From Lama guanicoe (taxonomy: Eukaryota): DNA of 64,000 nt. The DNA is taken from positions 186,001-250,000 of the forward strand of contig MU053504.1 of assembly GCA_013239625.1 (NCBI GenBank), in the 5' to 3' direction. The position numbers and the translations under genes are program-made. The notes beneath the pieces were generated by a model. That model saw only the letters and a list, made by a program, of their open reading frames with translations, had not been told where the DNA came from and made no database searches. Of the stretch, positions 1 through 10,566 are shown one piece after another (positions within the stretch are counted from its first letter, which is position 1; each line of letters begins with the position of its first letter).

Positions 1-1229
1 CTGGGCAGTGCCAGGTGACAGCAGGGGCCCTGGCTCCCTCCCCACTTCTGGACAAGGATCTGAGTCAATGTTGTCCCAGGTCCCAGAGTCCTAAGACTAG
101 AAGGGAGGGAATGTTGTCCAGGCAGGAGTGAGGTGGCCTTGAGTGGACAGAATGGGGAGACAGGGTCCAAGACAAAAAACCTAGAGAGATTGATGGAGAG
201 TGAAAGACAGAGACTGAGACACAGCAGGACAGAAAGAGCCAAACTTAAGGCAGAAATGGGCAGAAAGACAGAAGGACAGAGGCAGGGCAAAAGGAGGTAG
301 GCAGTGAGCAGGAGATGGGGACAGAGGGGCAGCTGGGTGTTCTGGAAGCCAGTCCGGCTCAGCCACCGCCCTCCTGGCTCACACCCACATGAATCAAGAG
401 GCCTTCTCCACCTCTTTTCACCACAAGTTTTGGGTTCCCTGAGGCCTTGTCCCAACTCAATGTTTCCTTCTCACAAATGTGGGGAAACCAAGGCCCAGAG
501 GGAAAACAGTGATTACCCAAACCTGTCCATCCCATTTATCCAGGCCTGTGCTGTGTGTCCTCAGGCCAGCTGCTCACCCTCTCTGAGCCTTGGTTTCTCT
601 AAAGGATCTGAAGATGCCCAGGCTTTTCGGGCTTGGCTGCCAGGAAGGAAGCAAGGAGACAACGGGAGCCCAGCCAGCCAGTGGGGATTGTGAGTTCCCT
701 TCCTCCCTCTCCTCTCTCCCGGGGCTTGGAAGGACTTCAGGCCTCCTACAGGGCTGACCTTGGCTGGGTTCTCCCTCCCCACCGGTGCCCATCTTAATCT
801 CTTTAGTCCCCGTGCCGGCTGATGAGGCTCTGGCACCCACCTGGCAGGAGCAGCTGTCTGGATGTCCCAACGGCGTGGAGATGCGGCCGGACAGAGGTTG
901 GTGGGGGCCAAGTCTTCTGGCCTGGGGAGGAGGGGTCTGGAGTCCACCCAGCTGGCTCAGGTTTCCTGGGCCCCTTCAGCGATGGTGGGAGACCAGAAAC
1001 CTAAGAAGAAACCAACTCCAACCCGACCTGCTGGTCAGCAGCGGAGGAGGCCTTTCTTCCCTTCTATCCCTTGATCTCTGACCCAGCAGCCTGAAATTAG
1101 GGGAAAGGCCATGAGCCACCTCAGACTAGCGCCCCCACCTCAGTGCCCAGTGATCCCTGCCGGGGACTGGCCCCTGGTACCTGCAGCTGTGCCCTCACAG
1201 GCCTGAGCTGCCCAGCTCCGCCCGCTTAC

Positions 1230-1313
1230 CTGCGGGTCCTGTTCCCGAGCGGCTCTGCTGGGGAGGCGCCGGAGGCAGCCGGGTTAGTATTAACCTGTCC
1301 CTGTCCCCGCCCC
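1230..1313 (-). promoter_or_regulatory. SLC52A3: Putative promoter and short non-coding first exon, probably of SLC52A3 (riboflavin transporter RFVT3), whose body would lie left of the window
   Basis: Local CpG-rich patch. On the minus strand: GC box GGGGCGGGG (1313-1305), AT-rich element GGTTAATACTAACC (1295-1282), then a strong donor CAG|GTAAGC (exon ends 1230, GT at 1229-1228). Gene identity rests only on recalled synteny (SLC52A3 is divergent from FAM110A); no SLC52A3 coding sequence is in the window. Confidence 0.5.
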
Positions 1314-1714
1314 ACGGTTGCGGGTGAAAGGCGGGGAGGATGGGTGGGGCTCCGGGCTTATCCAAGAGCCTACTACGTGTCTGGAATCTGCCCAGCAGAT
1401 GGTCCTGATGATTCCGCTTAACAATAAAGGGCTCATATTAATATCAAGCGCTTTGACTCAGAAGACGAATAACCTGTCCAGGCATTTAATCGGGCCCCAC
1501 CTTAGGGCTACTGGAATTCCTTTCACACAGGAATGGAGATTCCTGGAGCAGAAACTCTTGGTTCAAATACTGGAGCTTAAGTAAGTCGCTTGGAAAGCGG
1601 CGATGGTAATAGAGCCCTCCTCACGGGGTGGAAATCGGAACAGCCAGTGCGTACAGAGTGGGCTCTGTGCCAGGCCCTGAGCTTCACATATGTGAATGCA
1701 TTTAATCTTCTCCA

Positions 1715-2199
1715 CGTTAGTGGGCGGGGGCCTGCATCCTCTAAGGGGGGAAAAAAAACCCAAAGTGTGGGCTCTTGGCTTTCTACTGTGAAAAGAATTC
1801 ATGGCAGAGACAAAGGATAATGTGAAAAGCTGTTTTATTACTTGGCGGGGTACCGCAGGCCAAGGTGACCTGATGCAGGAACTCCCGTTCTTGGGGGTCC
1901 TTGCTGGGTCCTTTTGTCTGTCTTCTACGGGGTTTCTTGTCTTCTTTCTGTTGGCTGCTCTTTTTCCGCTCGCACCCCAGTTTTTCTGCTCTGTGGAATA
2001 AACGCTCTGCAAAAATAGGTTGAGGCAACTGGGACCCTCAAACAGTGTGGTCAAGCCAGATTGAGCAGGTGAGACCCTTAAACAATGTGGGCATATCGTT
2101 TAGATCCAGTCAGGGCTTCCCGTTCCTTTGAGTGGCTTCTTCCACAATTCAAATATCCCCTCAGATCAGTTAATTTTAAACCTTTAAAGATTTCCCTCA
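1715..2199 (-). mobile_element. Solo ERV (ERV1-like) LTR inserted into a MIR
   Basis: Interrupts a MIR (ATTTAATCTTCTCCA ... ACCACAGCC...CCCCATTTTACAGATG). The minus strand starts TGAGGGAAATC and has AATAAA at 1839-1834. Flanks TCCA/ACCA fit a 4-bp TSD with one mismatch. Confidence 0.6.
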
Positions 2200-2325
2200 A
2201 CCACAGCCTTTTTGGGAGATACAATTACTGTCCCCATTTTACAGATGTGGACATGGAGGCCCAGAGAAGTCTAGATTCTTGCAGAGCTGGTCTCGGATAC
2301 CACTAACAAATACTACTCTGACAAA

Positions 2326-2798
2326 TGTGAGGTTCGCAGACATCTGAAAGATTCCTGCTCCCAGGCTCCTCAAATATTCCTTTAAAGATAACTAAGAACG
2401 TTCCTTTCCTAGTACATACCTGCCTTAGCTGAACTGCCTACCCTAGATGATGATCAACTATACAGTGTCCGGAAGCCTGACCACCAGCACCGGTCACTGC
2501 CCGCTACCAGAGTCACGTAGCCCTAGCTGGTCACGACCCCCTCCCTTCCCTGTTAGCTCAATAACAACCAATCAGAAACTCGTAGCACCAGCCGATCACG
2601 CAACCTGCGCCCCCTTGTGCCCGATGTCATGTCAGCACAAGCAGTAAAATGTCACCCTTCCTCATAAAAGACCTTAGCAACCGACAAACTCTCTGTGGCC
2701 CATAGCAGTGTACCTAACAGACTCCTTTCTTAGTTCCACCCTTTGTCTTTGGTAAGTTCTTTTACCACTCGCTTGTCGGTCCGCCAAATCCCACAACA
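2326..2798 (+). mobile_element. Solo ERV LTR, CpG-rich
   Basis: TG...CA termini (TGTGAGG...CCACAACA), flanks ACAAA/GCAAA (5-bp TSD, one mismatch), CCAAT 2568-2572, TATA-like CATAAAA 2663-2669, U5-like GGTAAGTTCTTTTACC. Confidence 0.7.
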
Positions 2799-3355
2799 GC
2801 AAATTGTAGTAATTCACATCTGATTAAATCTTTCAGTCATCCTTAGCGGTAGGCAGATGCTAATTTTATTCACTACCTTGTAGATGGGGAAACTGACCTC
2901 AAAGAGGTTAAGTGACTCAATCAAGGTTCTGTAGCAGGTAAGCGCAGGGTCAGGATTCCAATCTGGACTCAAACTGGTACGCATATGGTGTGAAATGTAC
3001 AATCTTTCATGGAGCCTGGTACATAGTGATTGCTCACTGCATGTTGACTTTTCTAAATAATTCTGGCTTGCTTTGTGCGTTATTCTCAGAGATATTCATT
3101 TACTCGATAAGCAGTCACTCCTCAGGCAAATGCTTGGGGTGGGAGGTGAGCAGACCCTCTTTAGGAGGAGACCAGGCCCCTCTCTCAGCTGGCAGAGGCT
3201 CAGGAAGTGTGGGGATTCGAACCCTTTGGGGCGCAGGGACATAAGAATTTGCTCTCTCAAGGAGTCTGAAATGCTCACCCTCCACCAGGACTCCAGCAGT
3301 GAGGCTGCTCCCAGCCCAAGTCCCTCCTTCTGTGTTCACACAATATTTGTAACTG

Positions 3356-3826
3356 TGTTATGGTAACCTAAAATGGCTTCTTTCACCCTAAAGCACACTG
3401 TAGCCTGATTTTAACTGCATATGCTATTTTTTTTTTCTCTCCTCCTTAGAGTACTTCCCCTCCCCACTGAGAACCTTTTGTTCCGGGCACCAAGATATCT
3501 GAATGCCCGCTCATTAACTCTAGGAGCTGAAGGCTCCGTTACTGGATTCCAAGGACATCAGTCCAGTGATTTTCAAGGCCATTTAGAGAAAAGAAAAGCA
3601 GCCCCCTGAACGTACCAGGACCCTTATCAGAAGCCTTGGTCTCCGGACTTTTCCTGTGTAACTCCCTGACTACCCCACCCAGGGGAGCTCACAATCTCTA
3701 AGGCATTAGCTTGCTGTGATTCCCTTTGCCGGGCAAAGTGATAAAGCTGTTTCTTTTCTGCCCTCCCCCAAACTCTGTCTACATTTCTATTTTGGCTGCA
3801 GGCACAGAGGCTAATCTTCAGAGACA
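3356..3826 (+). mobile_element. Solo ERV1-like LTR (older)
   Basis: Starts TGTTATGGTAACCTAAAATGGC. The R/U5-like segment GGCAAAGTGATAAAGCTGTTTCTTTTC...AAACTCTGTCT...CACAGAGGC ends in CA. No clear TSD, so ends are approximate. Confidence 0.6.
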
Positions 3827-3933
3827 CTTCAGTGATGCTCCTTCTGACTCCCAGGAAGTTCTTAGGTGTGACCCACGCCCATCTCACAGGTGCTCCTTAT
3901 GTAATTTTTATTTTAAATTTAAAGTCGTATCTT

Positions 3934-4015
3934 GGGTGGGGGTTATATCTCAGTGGCAGAATGCATGCTTAACATGCACAAGGTCCTGGGTTCAATCCCC
4001 AATACCTCTACTAAA
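3934..4015 (+). mobile_element. tRNA-Ala-derived camelid SINE (Vic-1-like)
   Basis: CTCAGTGGCAGAATGCATGCTTAACATGCACAAGGTCCTGGGTTCAATCCCC: pol III A/B boxes followed by an A/T tail. Confidence 0.8.
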
Positions 4016-4429
4016 ATTTTTTTAAACATAGCTTTATTATCAACCTTCAAAGATTATCCCCATTGCTCACCAAATTAAGAGCAATGCCTGGGGATCTGTC
4101 TTTCTCCCATGCGTGAAATACTTGTTGAGTCAGTTCCTGGCCGTGAACTACACGTACTTCAGAGAGATCACCCAGCTGCTCTTCAAAGACGCTGCCCCAG
4201 GACCAAGAGTCCCCCACAAAGCACTGCCCAGGGCGCTCTCAAACAGGTAGACTCTTCTGGCAGGTCACGAAGTCAATCATATCCCAGTAGGAGAGTTTCC
4301 AGGGTGGAGATCGGCTGATTGGTGGCGGGTCCCCCAGGACCAGCACCCAGAGGTTCATTATCAGTGCGGGGTGGACAGTGCTTTCTGAATGGGTTGCTGG
4401 GTAAACGGATTAGGGACAGAAGGCACCAC

Positions 4430-4463
4430 TGCTGTTACTCAGAGGAGCCACCAGGGGGCGCAG
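4430..4463 (+). promoter_or_regulatory. CTCF binding site (core plus upstream motif)
   Basis: Core GAGCCACCAGGGGGCGCAG (4445-4463) is near-consensus; upstream TGCTGTTAC starts at 4430. Confidence 0.75.
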
Positions 4464-5707
4464 GAGGCTCCCAATTCCGGAGATGAACATTTTAAGGGCA
4501 TCTAGCGTCTTAGGACCTTTCTCACTGGTGGTTTCCTGGGGCTTAAATGCCAGGTTGAGAAAAAGGTAGCGGGCGGGGGTGGAGAGAGAGCGGAAGAGGG
4601 GAAGGGAAAAGCGGAAAAAGAGGATTAGAGAAAAGGTCTTCTAAAGGTGACTCCCGACCAGTTAGGGACAAGTCTGCAGCATGAGGCAGCCCGCCTCCTT
4701 CCATCAAAGAGAATACCATCTTACATCCATTAATTCAACTCAAGAGCCCAGAACCAAGTGGAGAAAAAAGTCACAGGATAAATATGTACAGTATGATCAT
4801 TCCATTTGTGTACAAAAATCATCCCCACAAATAAGTGCTACGTATTTTTTAGGGTCTGTGTATATATATTTATCATGTACACACCCACAGGAAAAACTCA
4901 GAAAGGATGAATTTCAAATTGACAGCAGTGGTTAGTTTTGGGCTTGTGTGTTTATGGAGGGGATCAGGGAATGGGAAAGCGGATGGGAAATGATCAAAGA
5001 GGACTTTACCTTAAATGAAATATTTTACTTTTCTAGGAGTCTATAACCCTGTTAGTTGTGTAACCTAAAACTAAAAATTACTTAAAAAGAAGAAAAATGA
5101 AGGAAAAAAAAAAGAAACATCAAATTCCATCTTAGTCAATAGAAGTTTTACATGCATCTCAAGGAAGGTGACAGCTTCCTCTACTCTGGCCCTCCTTTCC
5201 TCTCCTTGGCTCTGTCCTTAGCTGGAATGGAAACAGCTGCCAGGTGAGTGTGTGGCAAATGGGTCCCTGCAGACAGACCTCTGCTGGGTGCCCTGAGGCA
5301 GGATTCCAGGAGTGAGGATGGTGGATGTTCCAGCCCAGGTGGGGTAGAGATTTCCCATCCACTTGGTAGGGATGGTTTTGGCTAAGTTGGGTATTTGGAA
5401 TGTGTGCAAGTTGAGGCAGCATGATGCTTCCTAGGAATGTGGGAGTACTGAGGACGGACTCCCAGCATACTATGGGAGGTTGTGAGGGATGCCCTGAATG
5501 TCCATTCAGCTCTGAAAAAAAAAAACAGCTGGGAGACCAGAAGGTGCGGCCATTGAGATGGAGATCAGCCCTCAATCCTGGGGGCGGGGGGGGGCTCTGT
5601 ATCTTCCTCTGTAAAATGAATGAGGAGTGGAGCCTGGTCTCTGAGACTTACCAGTCAGGAACATTCCAGGGTTCATACTCTTCCTTACGGCCCGCAACCT
5701 GAGCAGT

Positions 5708-5741
5708 TGCAGTTCCAACCATTAGCCACCAGAGGGCGCCT
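5708..5741 (+). promoter_or_regulatory. CTCF binding site (core plus upstream motif)
   Basis: Core TAGCCACCAGAGGGCGCC (5723-5740); upstream motif TGCAGTTCC (5708-5716). Confidence 0.8.
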
Positions 5742-6179
5742 TCTGACAGGCTTGAAAAAGAAAAACAAGAAGCCTGGTCTGAAGAGGAACCTGAGGCTGG
5801 GATGGGAGTCTCTTCGCGTGACTACTGATTGAAATCAACTCTGTCCCATGCACTGGGGATACAGCAAGGAACACGGTCTCTGACATGGGGCTGCTATCTC
5901 CCCTCCGATTCCTTTTTTATCTCTTACACCCCACATCTGATCTCTTAGCAGATCCCGCGGGATCCAGAGTCTGGCCACTCAGTACCCTCCCAAGGCCACC
6001 ACCCATCCAGCTTCCTTCCTGCCCTGCCTGGACTACTGCGGTCGTCTCTTCCCTGGCCATCCCACTCCTGCCCCTTCTCGCCTTCACAGCACAAGTTGGG
6101 GCCTGTCCTGCCTCTACTCAGAGCCCTCCCAGCCCCGCTGTGTGGTCCTGCCCACGCCACACCCTCCTTTCACACTGAG

Positions 6180-6620
6180 CACGTCTTCCTCCCTCCGCAC
6201 CACCTCCCTCCACTCCAGCCACACTGGCCTCCCTGCTGTTCCCACCTGCTGCCTCAGGGCCTTTGCTCTTGCTGTTCTTTCTACATGGAGCTCTTTCCCC
6301 AGGCAGCCCTACGGTCCCTCCCTCACTTTATTCAGGTCTTTCTTTGCTCAATTTCACCCTTCAGGAGTGACCCCCATATTAAAACAGGCTCGTTGCTGTC
6401 TCTTTTCATCCCTCCACGTGCCATTCCCGTTTTCACTCGCTGTGCCCTCGATGCCAAATTACCTGTTCACTTATGTATTTTATTTGGTGTCTGTCTCTGC
6501 AAGAGTCAGCTCGACAAGGGTGAGGATCGTGTCTGATTTGTTCCTGGCTGAAGCCCTGGTACCTGGGTTATGCCCAGCACACAGAGGAGTATAGGAAATA
6601 TTTGTTGACTGATGAATGAG
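6180..6620 (+). mobile_element. LINE L2 3' fragment
   Basis: CTCCAGCCACACTGGCCTCC...CTCAGGGCCTTTGC... ending AAATATTTGTTGACTGATGAATGA, typical of the L2 3' end. Confidence 0.7.
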
Positions 6621-7015
6621 AGGTGGGGGTGCCTCAAGCAGGGACAATGGGGCATGAGGGTGAAAGAGAAGTTGAGGTTCCTGTGTGAGCGGCAGGTAGA
6701 GGGGGCGCCTCTCCTGCAGCTAGGAGACTGGTGTGCCGGGGAAGAGGGCAGATGTACCGGGGTCGGCGGTGGGATGGTCAGCGGCAAAGCCCATGGAGCC
6801 ACTCGGGGCAACAGATGCCAGTGCTGAGCAGAGAATTACGGTGTCCTGGGGGAAGAGGTGGCAGACAGGGAGGCGATGCAAGGGCCTACGAGCTTCCCAG
6901 ATACACAGCTGGTTCCCCCAACCCAAAAAGTTCTTCCTGCCTCGCCCGGGCTTCCTTCATGCTCACTGCATGTGTGCAATTTTGGCCACACCCAGGGTCT
7001 GCCATAGTGATATTC

Positions 7016-7043
7016 CTGTGTGTGTGTGTGTGTGTGTGTGTGT
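7016..7043. repeat. (TG)n microsatellite
   Basis: Uninterrupted TG run of about 27 nt. Confidence 0.95.
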
Positions 7044-7077
7044 CTTAAATCAACTGGCATTGAAGGAACTAGAATAA

Positions 7078-7193
7078 TTTAATTAATTTATTTGTAAATT
7101 TTATTAATTTTTTTAGCAGAAGTACTGAGGATTGAACCCAGGACCTCCTGCATGCTAAGCATGTGCTCTACCACTGAACTGTACCTACCCCTT
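7078..7193 (-). mobile_element. tRNA-Ala-derived camelid SINE (Vic-1-like) with TSD
   Basis: GATTGAACCCAGGACCTCCTGCATGCTAAGCATGTGCTCTACCACTGA; flanking repeats GAACTAGAATAA (7066-7077) and GAGCTAGAATAA (7194-7205). Confidence 0.85.
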
Positions 7194-8469
7194 GAGCTAG
7201 AATAACTTCAGACACGTAGAAAAATACAGAGTGACATGATGAACCACATAACCAACACCCAGATTTAACGTTAGCATTTTTCATGTTTGCTTCATCTATT
7301 TCTTTTTGAAATATTTTAATGTGAATTATAGATATGATCATTTTTAAACCCCTGATACTTTAGTTTGCATCTCAAAAAAGTAAGGTTCTTTCCCTGTGTA
7401 ACACAGGACTACTACTTCACTCCATAATGTTAATATTTCTCTGATATCTAACATTTAGTCCACAACTGACATCCCCAATTGGCCCCCAAATGTGTCTTAC
7501 GGTTGATGATGGATTTATTGTAATACACAAACTTGACATACAAAATGAAAAGCAAATATCTTTTGCCATTAAAAAAAAAAAAAGGAACCCCTGGAAGTAG
7601 ACACAGACACAATGTCTCAGCCCCATGCGGTGCCCAGGCTACCTCTCTACTTGTCGTGAAGGAGATTAGTGGGCGTTGGGCGTTAGAAGCGGACAAGGAG
7701 CGGAGAAGACTTTGTCACTAATGTAAGGAAAGTCGAAAAGGGCTCAGAAAGGGAATCACTTTTTCCATGTCGGGGTTGGTGTTACTTAATGCAGGACTGG
7801 TCTGCAGGGGTGGGGAGATGTGGGCGGGCCAGGCAAGTGGCCCCTTCCCAAGGCTTCAGATGATTCTGGGGAAGGACCCGGGATTCCTGGAAGACCATGA
7901 CGCAGCAGGAAGAGCCCCAGACAGGGAGCTGGGGAGGGGTGGGTCTGTCCCTGCTCTAATTTGTGCCTCTGTGTTTCTGTTCTGTCTGTAAAGTTGGGGA
8001 AGGAGTGATGCCAGGGCCTCCCCTGACCCCTCGCCGGCACTCCCCTCCCCCACACCTGCCAGGGCTCCTGAGGACCGGAGTGACCTCCATGACCCCGCTT
8101 CCCATTTCTTCCAGCCCAGACCTTTTTCTGGTCCCCTCCTGTGCTCTGGCTGGCTCCCTCCGGCTCACTCTCTGGGCCTCAGCCCAGATGGCACTTCCTT
8201 CTAGAAGCCTGCTTGACCCCTGCAGTGAATTAGGGGTGCCTGTCTGGGCCCCGAAGCTGTCCTGTCCTGGTCACTCACAGCTGTAAGCCCTGCGGCTTGG
8301 GAGGCAGAGGGCTTCTGTCTTGTCTACCACTGTATCCCCAGCCGCTGCCTCAGGGCCCGGCACATAGTAGGACCTCAGTCAATTTGTTAAATAGATGAAT
8401 GATTATTTTTGCATTTCCTTCTCCAATGTGTCTGCCTCCTCAGGGGTCTCAGAAGGGGCATCTGGTCCT

Positions 8470-8995
8470 TCCTTCATTCACTTACTCACAAACATCTCTT
8501 GAGTCCCTACTATGTGCCAGGCAGGATTCTAGGCAAGGGAGATACAGACAAAGCCCCTGCCCTGGTGGAACTTACAGTTGGTGGTGGAGGCAAACAAAAA
8601 CAAGAAGACAAACAAATACTTATAAACCAAATACACATAAAAACAAATAAAATAATCTCATGTTATTCGTGGTGTGAAGGACAAACGGGCTGTGAAAGAG
8701 TGTTAGGAGGGCCTTGCTGTGGAGCTGACATTTACTGAGCTGAGGCTTGGCTGAGAAGGAGCCAGCCAATGAGGGGAATGAGAGGAAGGGCATTCCTGGC
8801 AGTGGGAACAGCATGTGCAAAGGCTCTAAAGTGAGAACCACTGGGCGTGCTGAGGGGCAGAAAGAAGGCACTGGGGACTGGGATGCAGGGATGAGGTCTC
8901 AGAGGAGGCAGGGACGGGGCCAAGGCAGGATAGGAGGGCTGTCCTGACCTACCAAAGGCCAATGGAAGGGTTTGAGGGCAGAGAGGATGGGACCT
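8470..8995 (-). mobile_element. LINE L2 fragment
   Basis: CATTCACTTACTCACAAACATCTCTTGAGTCCCTACTATGTGCCAGGC and GGGAACAGCATGTGCAAAGGC motifs. Confidence 0.65.
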
Positions 8996-9022
8996 GATTG
9001 ATGGATTCTTCCCCCCACCCCC

Positions 9023-10566
9023 AGTTTTGTTGAGATATAATTGACATAGAACATTGTGTGGGTTTGAGGTGTTCAGTGTCATGACCTGATAAATGGATGT
9101 GTTGCAAGATGTTTATCACAATAAGGTGAGTTAACACATCCTTCATCTCACATAATTACCGTTTGGTTGCTGTTGTTATGGTGAGAACATTAAAGCTCTA
9201 CTCTTCACAGCAACTTTTGAGTATGCGATACAGTACTGTCAGCTGTAGTCACCAGGCTGCACATTATGTGCCCAGAGCTTATTCATCCTACAACTGGGAG
9301 TTTGTGCCCTTTGACCAACATCTCCCCATTTCCCCCACCCCTCAGCCCCTGACAACCACCATTCTATCCTCTGTTCCTATGAGTTTAATGTTTTCAGATT
9401 CCACACATAAGTGAGATCACACAGTATTTGTCTTTCTCTGTCTGACTTCTACTCAGCATAATACCCCAAGGCCCATCTATATGGTCNNNNNNNNNNNNNN
9501 NNNNNNNNNNNNNNNNNNNNNNNNNNNNNNNNNNNNNNNNNNNNNNNNNNNNNNNNNNNNNNNNNNNNNNNNNNNNNNNNNNNNNNNNNNNNNNNNNNNN
9601 NNNNNNNNNNNNNNNNNNNNNTCCGTGTCTTGGCTGTTGTGACTAATGCTACAAAGAGCATAGGGGTACAGATATCTCTTTGAGATAGTGATTTCATTTC
9701 CTTTGGATGCATATCCAGGAATGGAATTTCTGGATCACAGGGTAGTTCTATTTTTAATTTTTTGAGGAACTTTCATACTGATTTTCATGGCGGTTGTACC
9801 AATTTACATTCCCGCCAACAGTGCACAAGGGTTCCCCTTGCGCCACATCTCTGCCAGCACAGCACGTACTCTCTCCTGTCTTTTTGATGACAGTCATTTT
9901 AACAGGTGTGAGGGGACACCTCATCGTGGTTTTGACTTACCTTTCCCTGATGATTAGTGATGCTGGACACTTTTGCATGTACCTGTTGGCCATCTGTCTG
10001 TCTTCTTTGGAGAAATTTCTATTGAAGGATTTTTTTTTTCTGTTGAGTTCTTTGCATATTTGAGATATCAATCCCTTATCAGATATATGATTTGCAAATA
10101 TCTTCTCTCATCCTTTAGGTTTGCCTTTTCATTTTGTTAATTGTTTCTATTGTGGTGCAGAAACGTTTTAGTTTGAAGTAAGTCCCACTTGTTGATTTTT
10201 GCTTTTGTTGCTTGTGCTTTTGGTGTCATATCTAAAAAATTATTGCCAAGACTAACGTCAAGGTTTTTTTTTTTAACCTATTTTTTCTTGTAGGAGTTTT
10301 ACAGCTTCAGGCCTTAGGTTTAAGTCTTTAATCCATTTCCAGGTAATATTTTGAGTGGTATAAGATAGGGGTCCAACTTCATCCTTTTGCATGAGGATAC
10401 CCAGTTTGCCCAGTACCATTTATTGAAGAGACTATCTTTCCCCATTGAGCATTTTCGGTTCCTTTGTCAAATGTTAGTTGACCAGAGTTGCATGAATTTA
10501 TTTCTGGGCCCTCAATTGTTTTTATACGAGTACCATACTGTTTTGATTACTATAACTTTGTAATAC
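9023..10566 (-). mobile_element. L1M (L1MA-type) 3' end including a degenerate ORF2 C-terminus
   Basis: The minus-strand translation [27 protein letters not shown] resembles the L1 ORF2 C-terminus, and L1 3' UTR motifs are present. Spans a gap. Confidence 0.85.
9487..9621. other. Assembly gap (N run)
   Basis: 135 N. Confidence 0.99.

Noticed and set aside
181-330. GA-rich tract and overlapping short ORFs
   Set aside because: Low-complexity AGAG/ACAG sequence, probably intronic; no recognisable protein.
1127-1145. CTCF-like GGGGGCGCTA on the minus strand
   Set aside because: Only the 3' half matches; the CC(A/G)C(C/T)AG part is missing.
6691-6710. Possible third CTCF site GGTAGAGGGGGCGCC
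   Set aside because: The 5' half of the core does not fit the consensus.
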